A DNA stretch of 64,000 bases from Callorhinchus milii. Lineage: Eukaryota. The stretch spans positions 17,548,001-17,612,000 of the forward strand of contig NW_024704743.1 of NCBI RefSeq assembly GCF_018977255.1, in the 5' to 3' direction. The notes beneath the pieces were generated by a model that saw only the letters and a program-made list of their open reading frames with translations, was not told the origin of the DNA and did no database searches. The position numbers were made by a program, and so were the translations under genes. Below, one piece after another: positions 1 through 12,334 of the stretch. Positions within the stretch are counted from its first letter, which is position 1, and the number at the start of each line of letters is the position of its first letter.

Positions 1-97
1 GGTCAGGGTGAGGAGAGGGAAGGGAGGGAGCGAGGAGGGGGAAGAGGAGGAGAAATCATTCGTCTCGGGGAAATCATTCGGGGAAATCATTCGTCTC

Positions 98-1932
98 CTC
101 CAGGTTAATCCTGGAGGTGCAAGGGCAACCCGAGGCTCCTGTTCTCTACCACCAACAGGCTTCTCCGCCCTCCCCGCCATGCCTTGCAGATTCCTTCCTC
201 CGACTCCCACTGCGAGGAAATGCTGTACTTCCTTGAGTCCAAAATCGAGGGAATCCGCTCAGTTGCCACTGCCCTCCCAACTTCCACCTACACCCTCCCA
301 CCCCACTACCCATCCCTCCTTCCACACCTTTGAACCTGTCACCCCTCCACTATCATCACCACCATATCCTCCATGAAGCCCACCACCTGTTCCCTGGACC
401 CCATCCCCATCCTTAAATCCCACCTCCTTGCCCCACTACTCACCGATATCATCAACCTCTCTCTGTCATCTGGTACTGTTCCTTCCCCCCTCAAAAAAGC
501 CACTATCACCCCCACCTTGAAGAAACCTTCCCATGACCCATCACAGCTATCCAGCTACCGGCCCATCTCCAACCTTTTTCTGTCCAAGGTCCTGGAGAGC
601 TATTGCCTCCCAGGTTTGCTCTTTCCTCTCCTCCTATTCCCTCCATGAGCCCCTCCAATCGGGTTTCCCTCTGGTCAAGGTCACAAATGATATCCTGACC
701 ATGTGTGATCAGGGCTCCCTCTGCCTCCTCATCCTCTCCTCTGCTTTTGACACTGTGGAACATTCAATTCTCCTCCACTGCCTCTCATCCTACCTCAATT
801 TTCAAGGTTCTGTCCTTGACTGGTTCAGGTCCTACCTCTCACACCGCTTTCACTTTGTCTCAACAAACGGCTTCTCCTCCAGCCCCTCATGCAGCGTTCC
901 TCAGGGCTGTCCTCGGTGCCCTCCTCTTCACCCTCTACATGCTCACCCATGATGACATCATCTGCAGACATGGGGTAAATTTCCACATGTATGCGAATAA
1001 CACCCAACTCTATCTCTCTGCCTCCACCCTCAACTCCAGGACTACTGGCATCCTGACCGACTGCCTGTTCGACATCAAGTCCTGAACCAGGGACAACTTT
1101 CTCCAGCTGAATGTCACCAAGACCGAGGCCCTCCTGATTGGCTCGCGCCAGTGTCTCCGCACCTCGGGCGCTGGCAGCATCAGAATCCACGGCTGCACAC
1201 TCAACCTCACTAAGCCAGTCAGGAACCTGGGTGTCTTGCTTGACCCTGAACTGTCCTTTCTTCCCCTCACATCCGCACCATGACCGACACTGCCTACCAC
1301 CACCTCCGCAACATTGCCAGACTCCGCCATTGCCTCACCCCTCAGGCTGACGAAACCTTTACCGAAGCATTCTTCACATCAAGGCTCGATTATGGAAATT
1401 CCCTCCTCATCGGCCTTCCCAACTCTTCCCTTTGCAGGCTGCAGATCATCCAAAACTCTGCAGCTCGTGTACTCTCACACACCAGACTCCGTGACCCATC
1501 ACTCCCACCCGTGCCCCACTGGCTCCCCATCACTCAGAGGATTGAATTCAAGATTCCTCATCCTCACTTTCAAGGCCATCCATGGCCTTGCCCCCTCCTA
1601 CCTCTCTCACCTGCTGACTCCCTACCAACCTGCCTGCTCCCTCCATTTAGCAGGCTCAGGCCAGCTCCATGTCGGCCGTCCATTGGTGGCCAAGCTTTCA
1701 GCCTCTCTGCCCCCACACTCTGGAACTCCATCCTACAGTCCCTTTGCCTCACTTCCTCTCTTGCCTCCTTCAAGACTGGTCTTAAGGCCCTCCTCTTCGA
1801 TCGTGCCTTCGGTCGCCCTCCCACCTCTCAGCCTTCCCTCACCCCATGCTCTGGCCCTGACCGCTGCCTGTCCAGCGCCTTGGGACGTCCACCTGACGTG
1901 AAAGGCGCTCTATAAATGTAATTTTGTTGTTT
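98..1932 (+). mobile_element. L2-clade LINE, 5'-truncated, frameshifted RT
   Basis: RT fragments ([43 protein letters not shown]); 3' hairpin tail then TTG repeats. Confidence 0.92.
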
Positions 1933-2562
1933 ATTCATGAAATGTCTATTCACCTCACACTTTAATAAGCAATCATTTTTATGGATATTCTTCTTCTGTG
2001 GGCAACCTCAATGCGACTCTAACTGTTTTGTATAACGTTCCATGGTTTCAAACCTTTTTAAGTCATTTGGATAGAGTTGAATGCTAGTTATCCATAGTCC
2101 AGTTTTACATTTTAGCCCATGACAGTAGTAATATAAATTGTTCACGCAATGCAGAGTACTTCCTCTAATTACTGACACAAATGCCAAATGATACCATTTC
2201 AATCGCAGATGCACAGTTAGCTATCAAGGTTTCATCTTAGCTCAAAGGATGGTATATTCAGGCTAAATATCCAAATTTTTGAGTTTACAATTTCGGTTAA
2301 CATTCCAGTGCAACAGAGGGAGAGTTCTGATTAGTTTGGAAATGTTGAACATCAACCTGCATTTATACAGCACCCTTCACCACAGTAACGTCCCAGAGTG
2401 CTTGATATGGCAGATATGTTAGAAAGCAAGGTTAAGTTTATTTGTTCAGGTGGATACAATAACCATAATTAACTGTGAAGCACTTGAAGAGTCATTTTGC
2501 TATAAAAATGAAGTTTGTTACAATAGCAGGTATTTTTGTTTCATGCAGCATCCAAGACTTAC

Positions 2563-2669
2563 CAGTGACCCATTGAAATGCCTGGGTGTTTTATACCAAG
2601 CAAGGGTATTTCCATTCTCACAAATACATAGATGATCCATTAGGCCATTGCAGTACAAAAAACATTTTC
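2563..2669 (-). CDS. SLC25A40: SLC25A40 mitochondrial carrier, coding exon 3 ([36 protein letters not shown])
   Basis: cag| acceptor and |gtaagt donor on the minus strand; 107 nt, phase 1 to 0; peptide matches the SLC25A39/40 loop. Later exons lie left of the window. Confidence 0.93.
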
Positions 2670-3157
2670 CTGTGAATTAATACAAATAAGATTTTATTTT
2701 CCGACCCAACTAAGCAATTTTCCAAATTGCAGTAGCAGATTACTGTCATGCACAAATATTAGGTAATATAAAATACAGGAATGAAAAGCACTTGCACTAA
2801 GTAATTGTAATGTGAAAATCAAATTTGCAACAGATTGCTCAAATCGTAATAAAAGAAAAAAATGGATCCAATCATTTCTATATTACAATCTCAATAACAC
2901 ATCTGAAATTATTGCACTAAACTGTATAGCAGTTCTTCATTATTACTTGGTATATCCTCATCGCTATAAATTGCCTTAGTACAGTAGCAGTAGGATTGTG
3001 ATAATACTTGAAAGTCCCCCAGATTAAGTATTAGCAAAGGTACAGGGCAGCACAAAATCTGCACACAAGCATATTACTTTAATATTTGTTTTAAAAATGC
3101 AAATATTTACTTTGTTTTGAAGATTTTGTAAGATATTTTGAAGTTCTTTGCAACTAC

Positions 3158-3217
3158 CTTTATAGAATGGAGTTTTCTGGGCCTGCAGCCTTATCTTTAT
3201 AACATCCAAAGGCGTAA
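3158..3217 (-). CDS. SLC25A40: SLC25A40 coding exon 2 (VTPLDVIKIRLQAQKTPFYK)
   Basis: ctttcag| acceptor, |gtagtt donor, 60 nt, phase 1 to 1; contains carrier signature PxDxxKxR. Confidence 0.95.
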
Positions 3218-3304
3218 CTGAAAGAAAGACACATTACTGCATATCGTTTTCATAAAAATAGTTTATAGTAGTCACTTTATTAACTGACTCAATTGGTTAG
3301 CCTG

Positions 3305-3870
3305 CAACTGGAATAGTGCGTTCAGTTTTGGGCATTTCAGTTTAGGACATTAAAACTTTGGAAGGAGTGTAGAGGAGGTTTACAAGAATGATGCCAGGTA
3401 TGAGGGCCTTTAGTTATGAGGAAAGATTGGAGATGTTGGTCTGTTTTCATAAGAGCTGAGGAGGTTGAGAGTGGAGCTGATGGAGGTGTATGAAATTATG
3501 AAGGGTTTTGACAGGATGAATAGGAAGAAACCATTTCTATTGATAAGGGAGTCAGTGACTAAGTGACATAGTTTTAAGACAGCCACAAGAAAAGCAAAAG
3601 GAAAGCTTAGGATTTTTTTTTCACTCAGAGCTGTTGGAATGTGGAATGCCCTAAGTAAGTAAGCAAGCAAGCAAGCAAGTAAGGTAGCAGAGGGTTAGGG
3701 TTTATAGATTTTAAGATTTTAAGGGGGAAGTAGACAGGTATATGAAGGATAGAGGCCTGAAGGCAAATGAGGGTTGGGCAGGGCAGTGAAATTAAAAGTG
3801 CAGCTTGCTCTGAGAGCCAGTGTACATTGATGGGCCAAAATGGCCTCCTTCTGTGCTGTAAATTTCTTAA
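3305..3870 (+). mobile_element. CR1 LINE 3' fragment, degraded
   Basis: Similar to the CR1 copy at 50075-50700; ends tggcctccttctgtgctgta. Confidence 0.75.
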
Positions 3871-4074
3871 GATTCATGAATGTGTAAAACAGCTATTTCA
3901 TTTTTAGCACTTTGCATAGTATTACATAGAATATTATTTTAATAAATTAAACTTTCCACAATCTTATACATTGAGTAGAAACCCATGGTAGTTAAATCAA
4001 TAAATGACATGGGAACACATTACTTAGCAGGTGCAAATTACATCACTTATGACACCAAGTTTGTGTGTTGATTC

Positions 4075-4370
4075 AACAACAATAATATTACAATTGTATA
4101 GAGCCTTTCACGTTGGGAGGACGCCCCAAGGTGCTGGACAGTGTACAGCATTTCAGACCCGAGCTGGGGTCAGGGCGGGAGAAGGGAGGGGAGAGGAAGG
4201 GGGGTGGCCGATGGCATGGAGGGTTTTGAGGCGGAACTTAAAAGAAGCTAAGGAGGGGGCGAGGCGGAGTGATTGGGGGATGTTTCCAGAGGTTCGGGGC
4301 AGAGGCTAAAGGCTCTCCTGCCAACGGTGGAGCGGGTGGGTCGGGAACGTGGAGCAGGCCGGATTCACCA
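4075..4370 (-). mobile_element. L2 3' end fragment
   Basis: Reverse complement of the L2 hairpin tail and 3' region. Confidence 0.7.
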
Positions 4371-4789
4371 CCAAAGGTGCAGTATAAAGAGCATCACCAA
4401 AGTCAAGACAGCCAATTTAAAATTAGATGTGGAGAAAGGGTGGGGAATGGAATTAAAAGATCTGTCATGAGCTAATAAAATGATAGAACAGGAATCAGTG
4501 AGTTGAATGGCTTACTCTATTCCCATGTTCTTGATCTCCTATTAATAATAAATAAGAAATAAACACAGTAGGATGAGATTTTCTTTTCCACTCTTCGAGT
4601 TCATGCTATACAAGGCCTAAAGAGCAGAAACTGAAGCTTAATCGGAAAATATAGATATTTGCCTTGCTGATGTCAAAGAAGGAAGCAGAAGTTAAATTTG
4701 GGTCCCACATTGTAAATGTATTTCTTTAGTCATTATCATCAAGTATAGTAAAACTCGTATCAGTTAAGGTCATAACATTTAATATGACT

Positions 4790-5915
4790 TAACTGAAAGC
4801 GGGAATCAGTGTAGGTATATTACAATGGATACGCAATTGGTTGACTTGAAGAACCCAGTGGGTGGTGGTACAGGGAATGTCATCAGACTGAGAAAATGTT
4901 ATCAGTGAAATTCCAAAAAGGTCTGCTTTGGGACCTCTTTTGTTTAATATTTTTATAAATGATCAGGAACTAGGAGTCACAAGCACATTGGTTAAGTTTG
5001 CAAATGACACAAAGCTAATGAAGGTAATAGATTGCTGAACAATATGAACAAACAGGAGGAGTTGAACATACTTGGGAATTGGGCAGATCGGTGGCAAATG
5101 AAATTCAATGTGGAGAAATCTAAAGTACTTCACATGGGGCAAAAAATCCACAGTACAAAACGGATATTGGTGACATCGAGAAGATATGGAGGAGGGCAAC
5201 CAAAATGATTGAGGGAATGGAAGGACTGGACTATGAGCAGTAAATTGGGCATGTTCACACTGGAAAAGAGAAGATTGAGAGGCGACATGGAATTCTAAAG
5301 AGGCAAGACAATATTGATTATGACAGACTCTTTCAACTTAGAGGGGAAAATTCAGAACGAATCTATGCAAACAGCATTTCAGTGAGCGAATAAAGAACCT
5401 GTGGAACAGGGTCCCCAGAGAGATGGCTGAAGCAGGAAGTGTTGATTCTTTCAAACACAAATTAGATAGTTTTCTTTTAGGAAATAACATTATGGGATAT
5501 AGTACATAGGTAGTTTGGAGTCCTGTGGCTCAGTGGTTAGAGCACTCGCTTTGCAAGTGAGAGACCTGAGTTCAATTCCAGGCAGAGGGCGAAACCTTGG
5601 GCAAGTTTCCTTACTCCACACAGAGCCTAATAATAATCCCTCCAAAACCAATAATAAAATTGGTCATTTTCAATCTACGACTGTTTGTGGGACATTGCTG
5701 CGCGCAATTGGCTGCCGCGTTCGCCCACAAATATACAGTCAATTCACTTTACAGTGTGTTCTGTGAAGCGCTTTGGGACGTCCTCCCGACGTGAAAAGCG
5801 CTATATCAAATGCAAGGATTATTATTATTATTATATATACATGCCACAGGAAGGTGAAAGGCGAATTAAATGGACTTTGGTCTTTTTTTCTTCTAGCATT
5901 TCTTAAGTTCTTATG
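4790..5915 (+). mobile_element. CR1 LINE fragment interrupted by a SINE
   Basis: Decayed CR1 RT ([32 protein letters not shown]); 3' part matches 62545-62785. Confidence 0.8.
5517..5834 (+). mobile_element. Young tRNA-derived SINE with Deu-like body, L2-like tail and (ATT)n
   Basis: A box GGCTCAGTGGT, B box GAGTTCAATTCC; nearly identical to copies at 25475, 38122 and 51591. Confidence 0.93.
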
Positions 5916-6804
5916 ACTTACTCAAAGTCTGAATTACAGGCAAACTGTATAAATTGTATTATAAACAAAATGATTGAATCAATAATTTACACTGTGCATG
6001 TGTAATTACAATGCAGCCAGTAAGTGCGCATCCGGTGATGGGTCAAGACTACATTTCATGTGATTCAATGAGTCTTGAACCGTTGCCGCATGCGCACTTA
6101 CCAGCAAACATTGGAAACGCATTGAATTGCAGGAATTGAAGTTCTTCTGCATGTGCGTCGACGGATCAAGACTACGTTTCCTACAATTCAATGCATGTGT
6201 CAATGGGTAAGGTCATCATTTCCGTGTAAAACTAATGGAGGGAAAGGGAACGGAGTTAGGAGGTGATTAATATGAGTAGTGGAAAGAAATCCAAGTGGTT
6301 TTGATACGAAACTGAATGGGACTCGGTGAATGTACAATTGAGGTGATTATACGATTTATAAACTTAAGATTTATGTGAGTTTTACTGTATATCAATTTAC
6401 ATCACTGCTACAACAATTTCCATTTATATAGCACCCTTCACGTAGGATAACATCTCTGAGTTCTATACAGTGGAGTTAGATGATGAGCATGGAAAAAAAG
6501 GAGAGGTGACCATAGATGGGATTGAAAAGGTAGGTTAAAACAGAGTACATATCTTGAATACTAAAGGATACAAAAAAAAATCTGGTCAAACGTAGTGATA
6601 TGTTCTAAGCATTTACATTGCTGCCCCTAGTTACTCATGTTGAGTCTGGACATGCAGTAGTTACATGGATATCTATAGTTTTAAAAATGTCCTCCCATAT
6701 CTGTCTAGTTTACTTCAAGATAATTAATCACCCAAGTACACAAACAATTATTTTTTAAAAAAAACTTTCACAAACAAACAAAAAAAGAAAAAACATTTCC
6801 TTAC

Positions 6805-6901
6805 CAAGCAGTGAAGTTATCACGGCACCAGAACATGAAGCTATCATTTGTTGTAAAGGTTTGATTCCATTTAAATTATTCATTCCTGAATTCTGAGGCA
6901 T
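6805..6901 (-). CDS. SLC25A40: SLC25A40 first coding exon (MPQNSGMNNLNGIKPLQQMIASCSGAVITSLL)
   Basis: ATG at 6901, |gtaagg donor, 97 nt (32 codons + 1) joins exon 2 in frame; acceptor at 6915 or 6912 implies upstream non-coding exon(s); PLQQMxASCxGA is typical of SLC25A39/40. Confidence 0.92.
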
Positions 6902-7064
6902 TTTGGCTTGTTCTGCTACATAGAGAAAAAAAGGGACAAACGGCAATGAACTAGATCTCTAATAACTAATGCATTTCAGTGTCAACTGCACACTGTGCAA
7001 ATGGAAAGTGAACCCATCCCATTGGTTTATCCCAAATGTGCTTTTTAATTAACTCGTTCTAGAT

Positions 7065-7270
7065 GCATCAGCCTGGCTCAGTTGGTAGCACTCCTGCCTC
7101 CAAGTTAGAAGGCTATGGGTTCATGCTCCATGTCATGACTTGAACAGAGTGACACCCCAGTGGGTTGCTCGGGGTATGATGCATTGTTGGAGGTTCTGTC
7201 CTTCAGATGAGATGTTAAATCAAGGTCCCATCTGCTTGTTCAGATGGACATTAAAGATCCCATGACACCT
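7065..7270 (+). mobile_element. Old DeuSINE-type element; other fragments near 9647-9795, 27560-27830, 31750-32185(-), 37745-38010, 41690-41860(-), 49185-49565, 61725-61975
   Basis: tRNA-like head plus Deu core gatgagatgttaaa...gatggacattaaagatcccatg. Confidence 0.75.
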
Positions 7271-8019
7271 CAGTGCACAGCACACATCCTGCATACTTCA
7301 GTGATGTTGAGAGACTCAATAGGTATGCTGAAGAATAATTTGATAGCAGTATCGGTAGCTAGTCTCAAGTCAAAAATGATAAGCATAGGAAATAAACATT
7401 GGTTCAACAACATAATGAAATCTCAAACTATTCACTTTACCTTACAAACCAGTGTGCACACGGATGTGTTGAAGGCAGATTTGAAAGTACTGTATTTCCA
7501 TACACGATGGTTCTGTAATGGAAGCAAAACAAATGGATGGTGAGCACCTACAGACAAAATCAAAATCCATCAATCAATCCACGAGACAATTCACAGACAC
7601 ACGTTGTCTATTATTCTATCATATTACTAAATGTATTACTCAGTTTACCACCATACTATTAAAAAAGTTGCAGCTACACATCAGGGATGGAAATCATTAT
7701 CATTGCCACATGGTGTAATTGGGAGAAAAAAATATGCCTCACTATATAAAGAATTTATCAATAGATTCTTCACACCTTTGGGAGAGCTAGAGATGAAGGA
7801 GATATCTTAACAGAAAGGACACTTCTGGCTTTAAACAAAGCACAGTTCTTTAGTAAACTGTTTGGATGTGACACAAAAGTAGATACGTTTAAGATTTCTG
7901 AAATGAATTTTTACCAAAAATGCAAATTTACAAGCAGTTGGTGTTGAGTAATACAAGTATGAAGCACTGAATTTGAAGATAAAAGTGGCTGACACATCAC
8001 AAATTCTCCTGTATAGGTC

Positions 8020-8942
8020 CTTCCACCTCACCGAAGGCAGATGTCCATCAAATAGCTGATGAGGAAACTGAGGCTTTGGATCACAGCGGCTGGAAAAGAT
8101 TACCTGGAGTCTGGGACTGTGAACTCGCTCTCATACATCCAGAGTTTGATATCCACCTTGATTAGTACTCAGAGAGGCAAGTCATTTCTTTTCAAATTCC
8201 AAACTGTAGATCCATTGCTCAATGGGTTGAGATATGTTATCGGGATGGTATCAAGCTCTCATCATTCCATGCTCAACTGTGCTGCTCACCAGGAAGCTTC
8301 TGGTGAATTTCTGGCACCTGCTCGTCACCTAGCAAGAGCTCAAACCTGCACTTGTCAGATGTCAACTGGCGAACTAGTGATTATCCTCCGAGTCAGGGGA
8401 GGGGAAAGGAAAGAGGTAATCTGGATTTTCTTGAAACTCTGCTGCCTCCAATGTGGCATGCTTGGCAAACAAATGCCAGAATTCAGTCAACAGACACGGT
8501 CTCAGTAGTTCTGTTCCTGCGTCAGGCAGACCTGTAGTATGGCAAGCCACCAGCTTGGTTCATCTGGATGCACGATTTAGAGGGGCAGACCAGTCACTGG
8601 AAATGGGGATTCTTTCCACTTGGTTCATGTTAACCTTTGTTTTAAGCCAAACCCTAACAGGTAGGGTGGTCCTACATGGACATGGTGCAGGAAGACGGTG
8701 CTCTCAATGGCAAGTTATGTGGTTTTAGCTGGTGAAACTCCAGTAGTATCCCAACTCTGGTGTCTCCAAGCCTAATATCCTTCAGAATTGGGTAAGCAGC
8801 ATGAGAGTGTGCTTTACATTCCAGACACATGGAAATGTTCATGTATAGAAAGCATGTGTGGAGCTCTTAGTCTGGTTGAATTGGATGCTCTTAAGCATGG
8901 TGATGGGTTTCAGCATATGTCAGACACTCAGCTAACCCAAAA
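8020..8942 (+). mobile_element. Unclassified old dispersed repeat with A-rich 3' end, copy 1 of at least 6
   Basis: Aligns by eye with about 17700-18032, 20140-20693, 43930-44925, 62090-62310 (+) and 52125-53355 (-). Confidence 0.7.
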
Positions 8943-8980
8943 TAATTGTGTAGATTTCCAGATTAGATCATCCAGCATTA

Positions 8981-9285
8981 TAATAATAATGCTTGCATTT
9001 GATATAGCGCTTTTCCCATCTTCTAGACGTCTCAAAGCGTTTCACAGAATATGCTGTAAAGTGAATTGACCGTATATTTGTGGACGAAACGCAGCAGCCA
9101 ATTGCGCACAGTAGTGTCCCACAAACAGTTGTGGATTGAAAATGACCAATTTATTTTTTTTGTTTTGGAGGGATTATTATTAGTGTGGAGTAAGGAAACT
9201 TGCCCAGAGTTTCGCCCTGCCTGGAATTGAACCCAGGTGTCTCGCTTGCAAAGCGAGTGCTCTAACCACTGAGCTACAGGACTCC
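8981..9285 (-). mobile_element. Full-length SINE with apparent TSD CAGCATTAT
   Basis: Reverse complement of the 5517 family; CAGCATTAT at 8973-8981 and 9287-9295. Confidence 0.92.
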
Positions 9286-10736
9286 ACAGCATTATCTAAA
9301 GCACACATGTAACAGCTATCCTACAGAATTTTACATATCTAAACCACGGTAAGCCAAATGTGTAAATGATTAACAGAACATAAGATTAGCAGAGCATGAC
9401 AAAGCAACTTCAATACTTTTTATCCTGTAAGAAAGGCTATGCTATCTGACAGAATTACTCAAGGGAACTCAAGTATTTACTTTTAGATATAGAAACATTG
9501 AACTTATTCACTGGCTTTTTTTAAAACAAAAAAAATTGCTTAAGATAAACAGACACTTACGACTCTCTTTATTCAAAATAATTGAGAGAATACAGAATCA
9601 AAGGCTATATAAAAATTACCATAAATTAATTGTCCCTGTTGATTGGCGTCAGCCTAGTTGGTAGCATTCGCGCCACTACGTCAAAAGATTGTGGTTCAAA
9701 CCCCCAAGTCGGGACTTTGAGCTCATAGTCTGGGTTGTTACATAGTCTAGGGCCGTTATATTGTTAGAGGTGCCATCCTTTGAAGGAGACATTAAAAAAC
9801 AACAATCTAGTGTTTGTCGGCCAACAATCCTCGGATTAAAAAAAGAATCGGGGGGAGGGGGGAATCCAAGGAAGGGTGGAGGAAAGGGGAAAAGATGGGT
9901 GGGGAAAGGATTAGGAGGGTGGGAGGAAAAAGAGGAATAGGAAGAAAATGAGCGAAAAAGGAGGGTGTCGGGGGGAGGGGGGGAAAAGAGAGAGATAGTA
10001 GAGTTGAGAGCTCATGGGGGGTATAAACACCAGCACAGGGTAGTTGGGAAAAATAGCCTATTTCCATGCTGCAAAGCCTATGGAATTCTTTTCATGGCTG
10101 TTTGAGGAACATTGCTGTATGCAAATTGGCTGCCACATTTGACACTGAAATCCTGTGAAGCACTTTGCGACATTTTGATGACATAATAAAGTTCTATATC
10201 AAATGCAAGGATTGATAATACATGATATTCTGTTTTTATCTAGCAGCTCAAAACTTCTGAAAGCACTCCAAATGGAGTTACTTTGCAATATTGTGACTGT
10301 TATATAAGCTTATTTAAGCATAAGAGACAGCTACTCTCTGTCAGCAACAGGTGGATGAAATTGAAACACATTATAGAGTTGAATTTGAAGAAGGGAAGAA
10401 TATTGGCTCTTTGAAATTAAAATGTTCTGGGTCCATCTGAAACACATAGTCAGACATGCTTTTGTTTTATTAATATGAATAATCCTGCATCTAATACAGA
10501 ACCTTATCATAATACTCCTAATTTTTATTGCTGTATTTAGTGTAGAACTTTTCAGATCGGGAGAATAATACAATAATCCTTGCATTTGATATAGTCATTA
10601 GATATAGTTGTTATCACGTTGTTGATATGTCTCAAAGCATGTCATAGAACATATTGTAAAGTGAATGGACTGTATATTTTGTGGCCAAAACTCGACAGCT
10701 AACTGCGCACAGCAGTATCTCACAAACAGTCATAAC

Positions 10737-11728
10737 CTGGGGCAATAGAAAAGGACAGCCACAATTTTTCCGTGGAATCCACTACAAACATCTACCTCCG
10801 CTACAAACAACAAAATTAATAATAATAATCCTTGCATTTGACATAGCGCTTTTCACGTCTTCTAGACGTCTCAAAGCGCTTCACAGAATATATTGTAAAG
10901 TGAATTGACTGTATATTTTGTTGTATAACAACTTTCACGTCAGGAGGACATCCCTTCCGCTAAAAACACCTTCCTCTACAAACCTGTCAAAAATGCAGTT
11001 GTGCTCAACCCTGGGCCACTCGCGCTGTTGCTGGCTGTTTGCTCGAGACCACCCGCTATTGTGGCTGGAGGGGCTCCAGACACGCATGTGTGGTGCGACA
11101 CAAGTGGGAAATGGACTTCGCTCACTCCGAGATCCTGCTGTTGTGATTGTCTGTTTGTTTCTCTCTCCTCTGTATGTGTTTGTGAGTGTCTACCTCCTCT
11201 GTCTGTGAGTGTGCCTCTCGGTCTATGAGGGTGCGTCTGTGAGGGTCCGTGTGTCACTCTGTGAGGGTGTCTGTGAGTGTGTGTCTGTGACTCTCTCTCT
11301 CTCTCTCTGAGTGTGTGTCTCTCTGTCTGTGAGTGTATGTGTGTGTCTTTGTGTCTCTCTGTGTCTGAGTCTGGTGGCAGACCCCGAGAGGAGGTGGTGA
11401 CCTCCTGGAGCCCCGCAGTCAGGACACTGGTCTTCAAATGTAGTGTGGGGTGGAAACGGATCATTCAGCCCTTTGGGCCTGCACTAGTGTTTCTTCCTCC
11501 CAAATGAGCCAACCAGCGTTTGTTAAAGAAAGTATTAATAATATTTTTTGCAACGATTGTGTGTTATTTCTTCATGTTTAGTCTGTATCAATAAAGTGAA
11601 AAAAATGTGGGTTGGCAGTAAAATATATGCCTCAATAGCACCAATGAACCGCCCGCAATTCCCTGCAACAGTTGTCAAATTTCCCTGCAATTTTTGGCAA
11701 ATATTTCTGCAATTTGCTAGTGGCCCTG
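10737..11728 (+). mobile_element. Non-autonomous hAT-like DNA transposon inserted in a SINE
   Basis: Degenerate TIRs CTGGGGCAATAG / CTAGTGGCCCTG (9 of 12), 8-bp flanks GTCATAAC / GTCAAGAC, SINE halves on both sides. Confidence 0.65.
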
Positions 11729-12334
11729 GTCAAGACCAAATTATTATTTATTTATTTTGAAGGGATTATTACCCCTGAAAAGAATCCCACCAATTGACTC
11801 GCAACCAGGTTCCTACTTACTCCTTGGAAAACTGAGGCATGTAAAGTAAGGAAGTTTACCTAAGGAATCCAACCCAGGTCCTCTCGCTTGTGAGGCGAGT
11901 GCTCTGAGCAATACTCTACACGGCTCCACAAAAGATCATCTGAAAGTGCTTGACAGGTTGTACTGCGAAGTGTAGTTACTGTATACAGGGCAGCCATTAA
12001 TTTGGACATAATGTCTCACAAACAGCGGTGAAGTTAATGTGTCTCAAGAAGGGTAACTCTGTTTAACTTATTTCCGCACTTTTCAGATCGGGGGAACATC
12101 TCCGTGCTTGACAGCTGTTACTGTAAAGTGTAGTTACTGTGTAGGTGGGCAAACAGTACCACTGATTTAAACACAACGTCCTACAAACAGCGGTGAAGTT
12201 AATGTTTGGCAAAAGCATAATACAACAATAATAACCCTTGCATTCGATATAGCGCTTTTCACGTCTTCTCGACGTCTCAAGGCGCTTCGCAGAACAGACT
12301 GTAAAGTTAATTGACTGCATATTTAGTGCTTCGA

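Noticed and set aside
5517..5590. tRNA-Ala-like sequence with A and B boxes
   Set aside because: Head of a multi-copy SINE, always joined to the SINE body; not called as a tRNA gene
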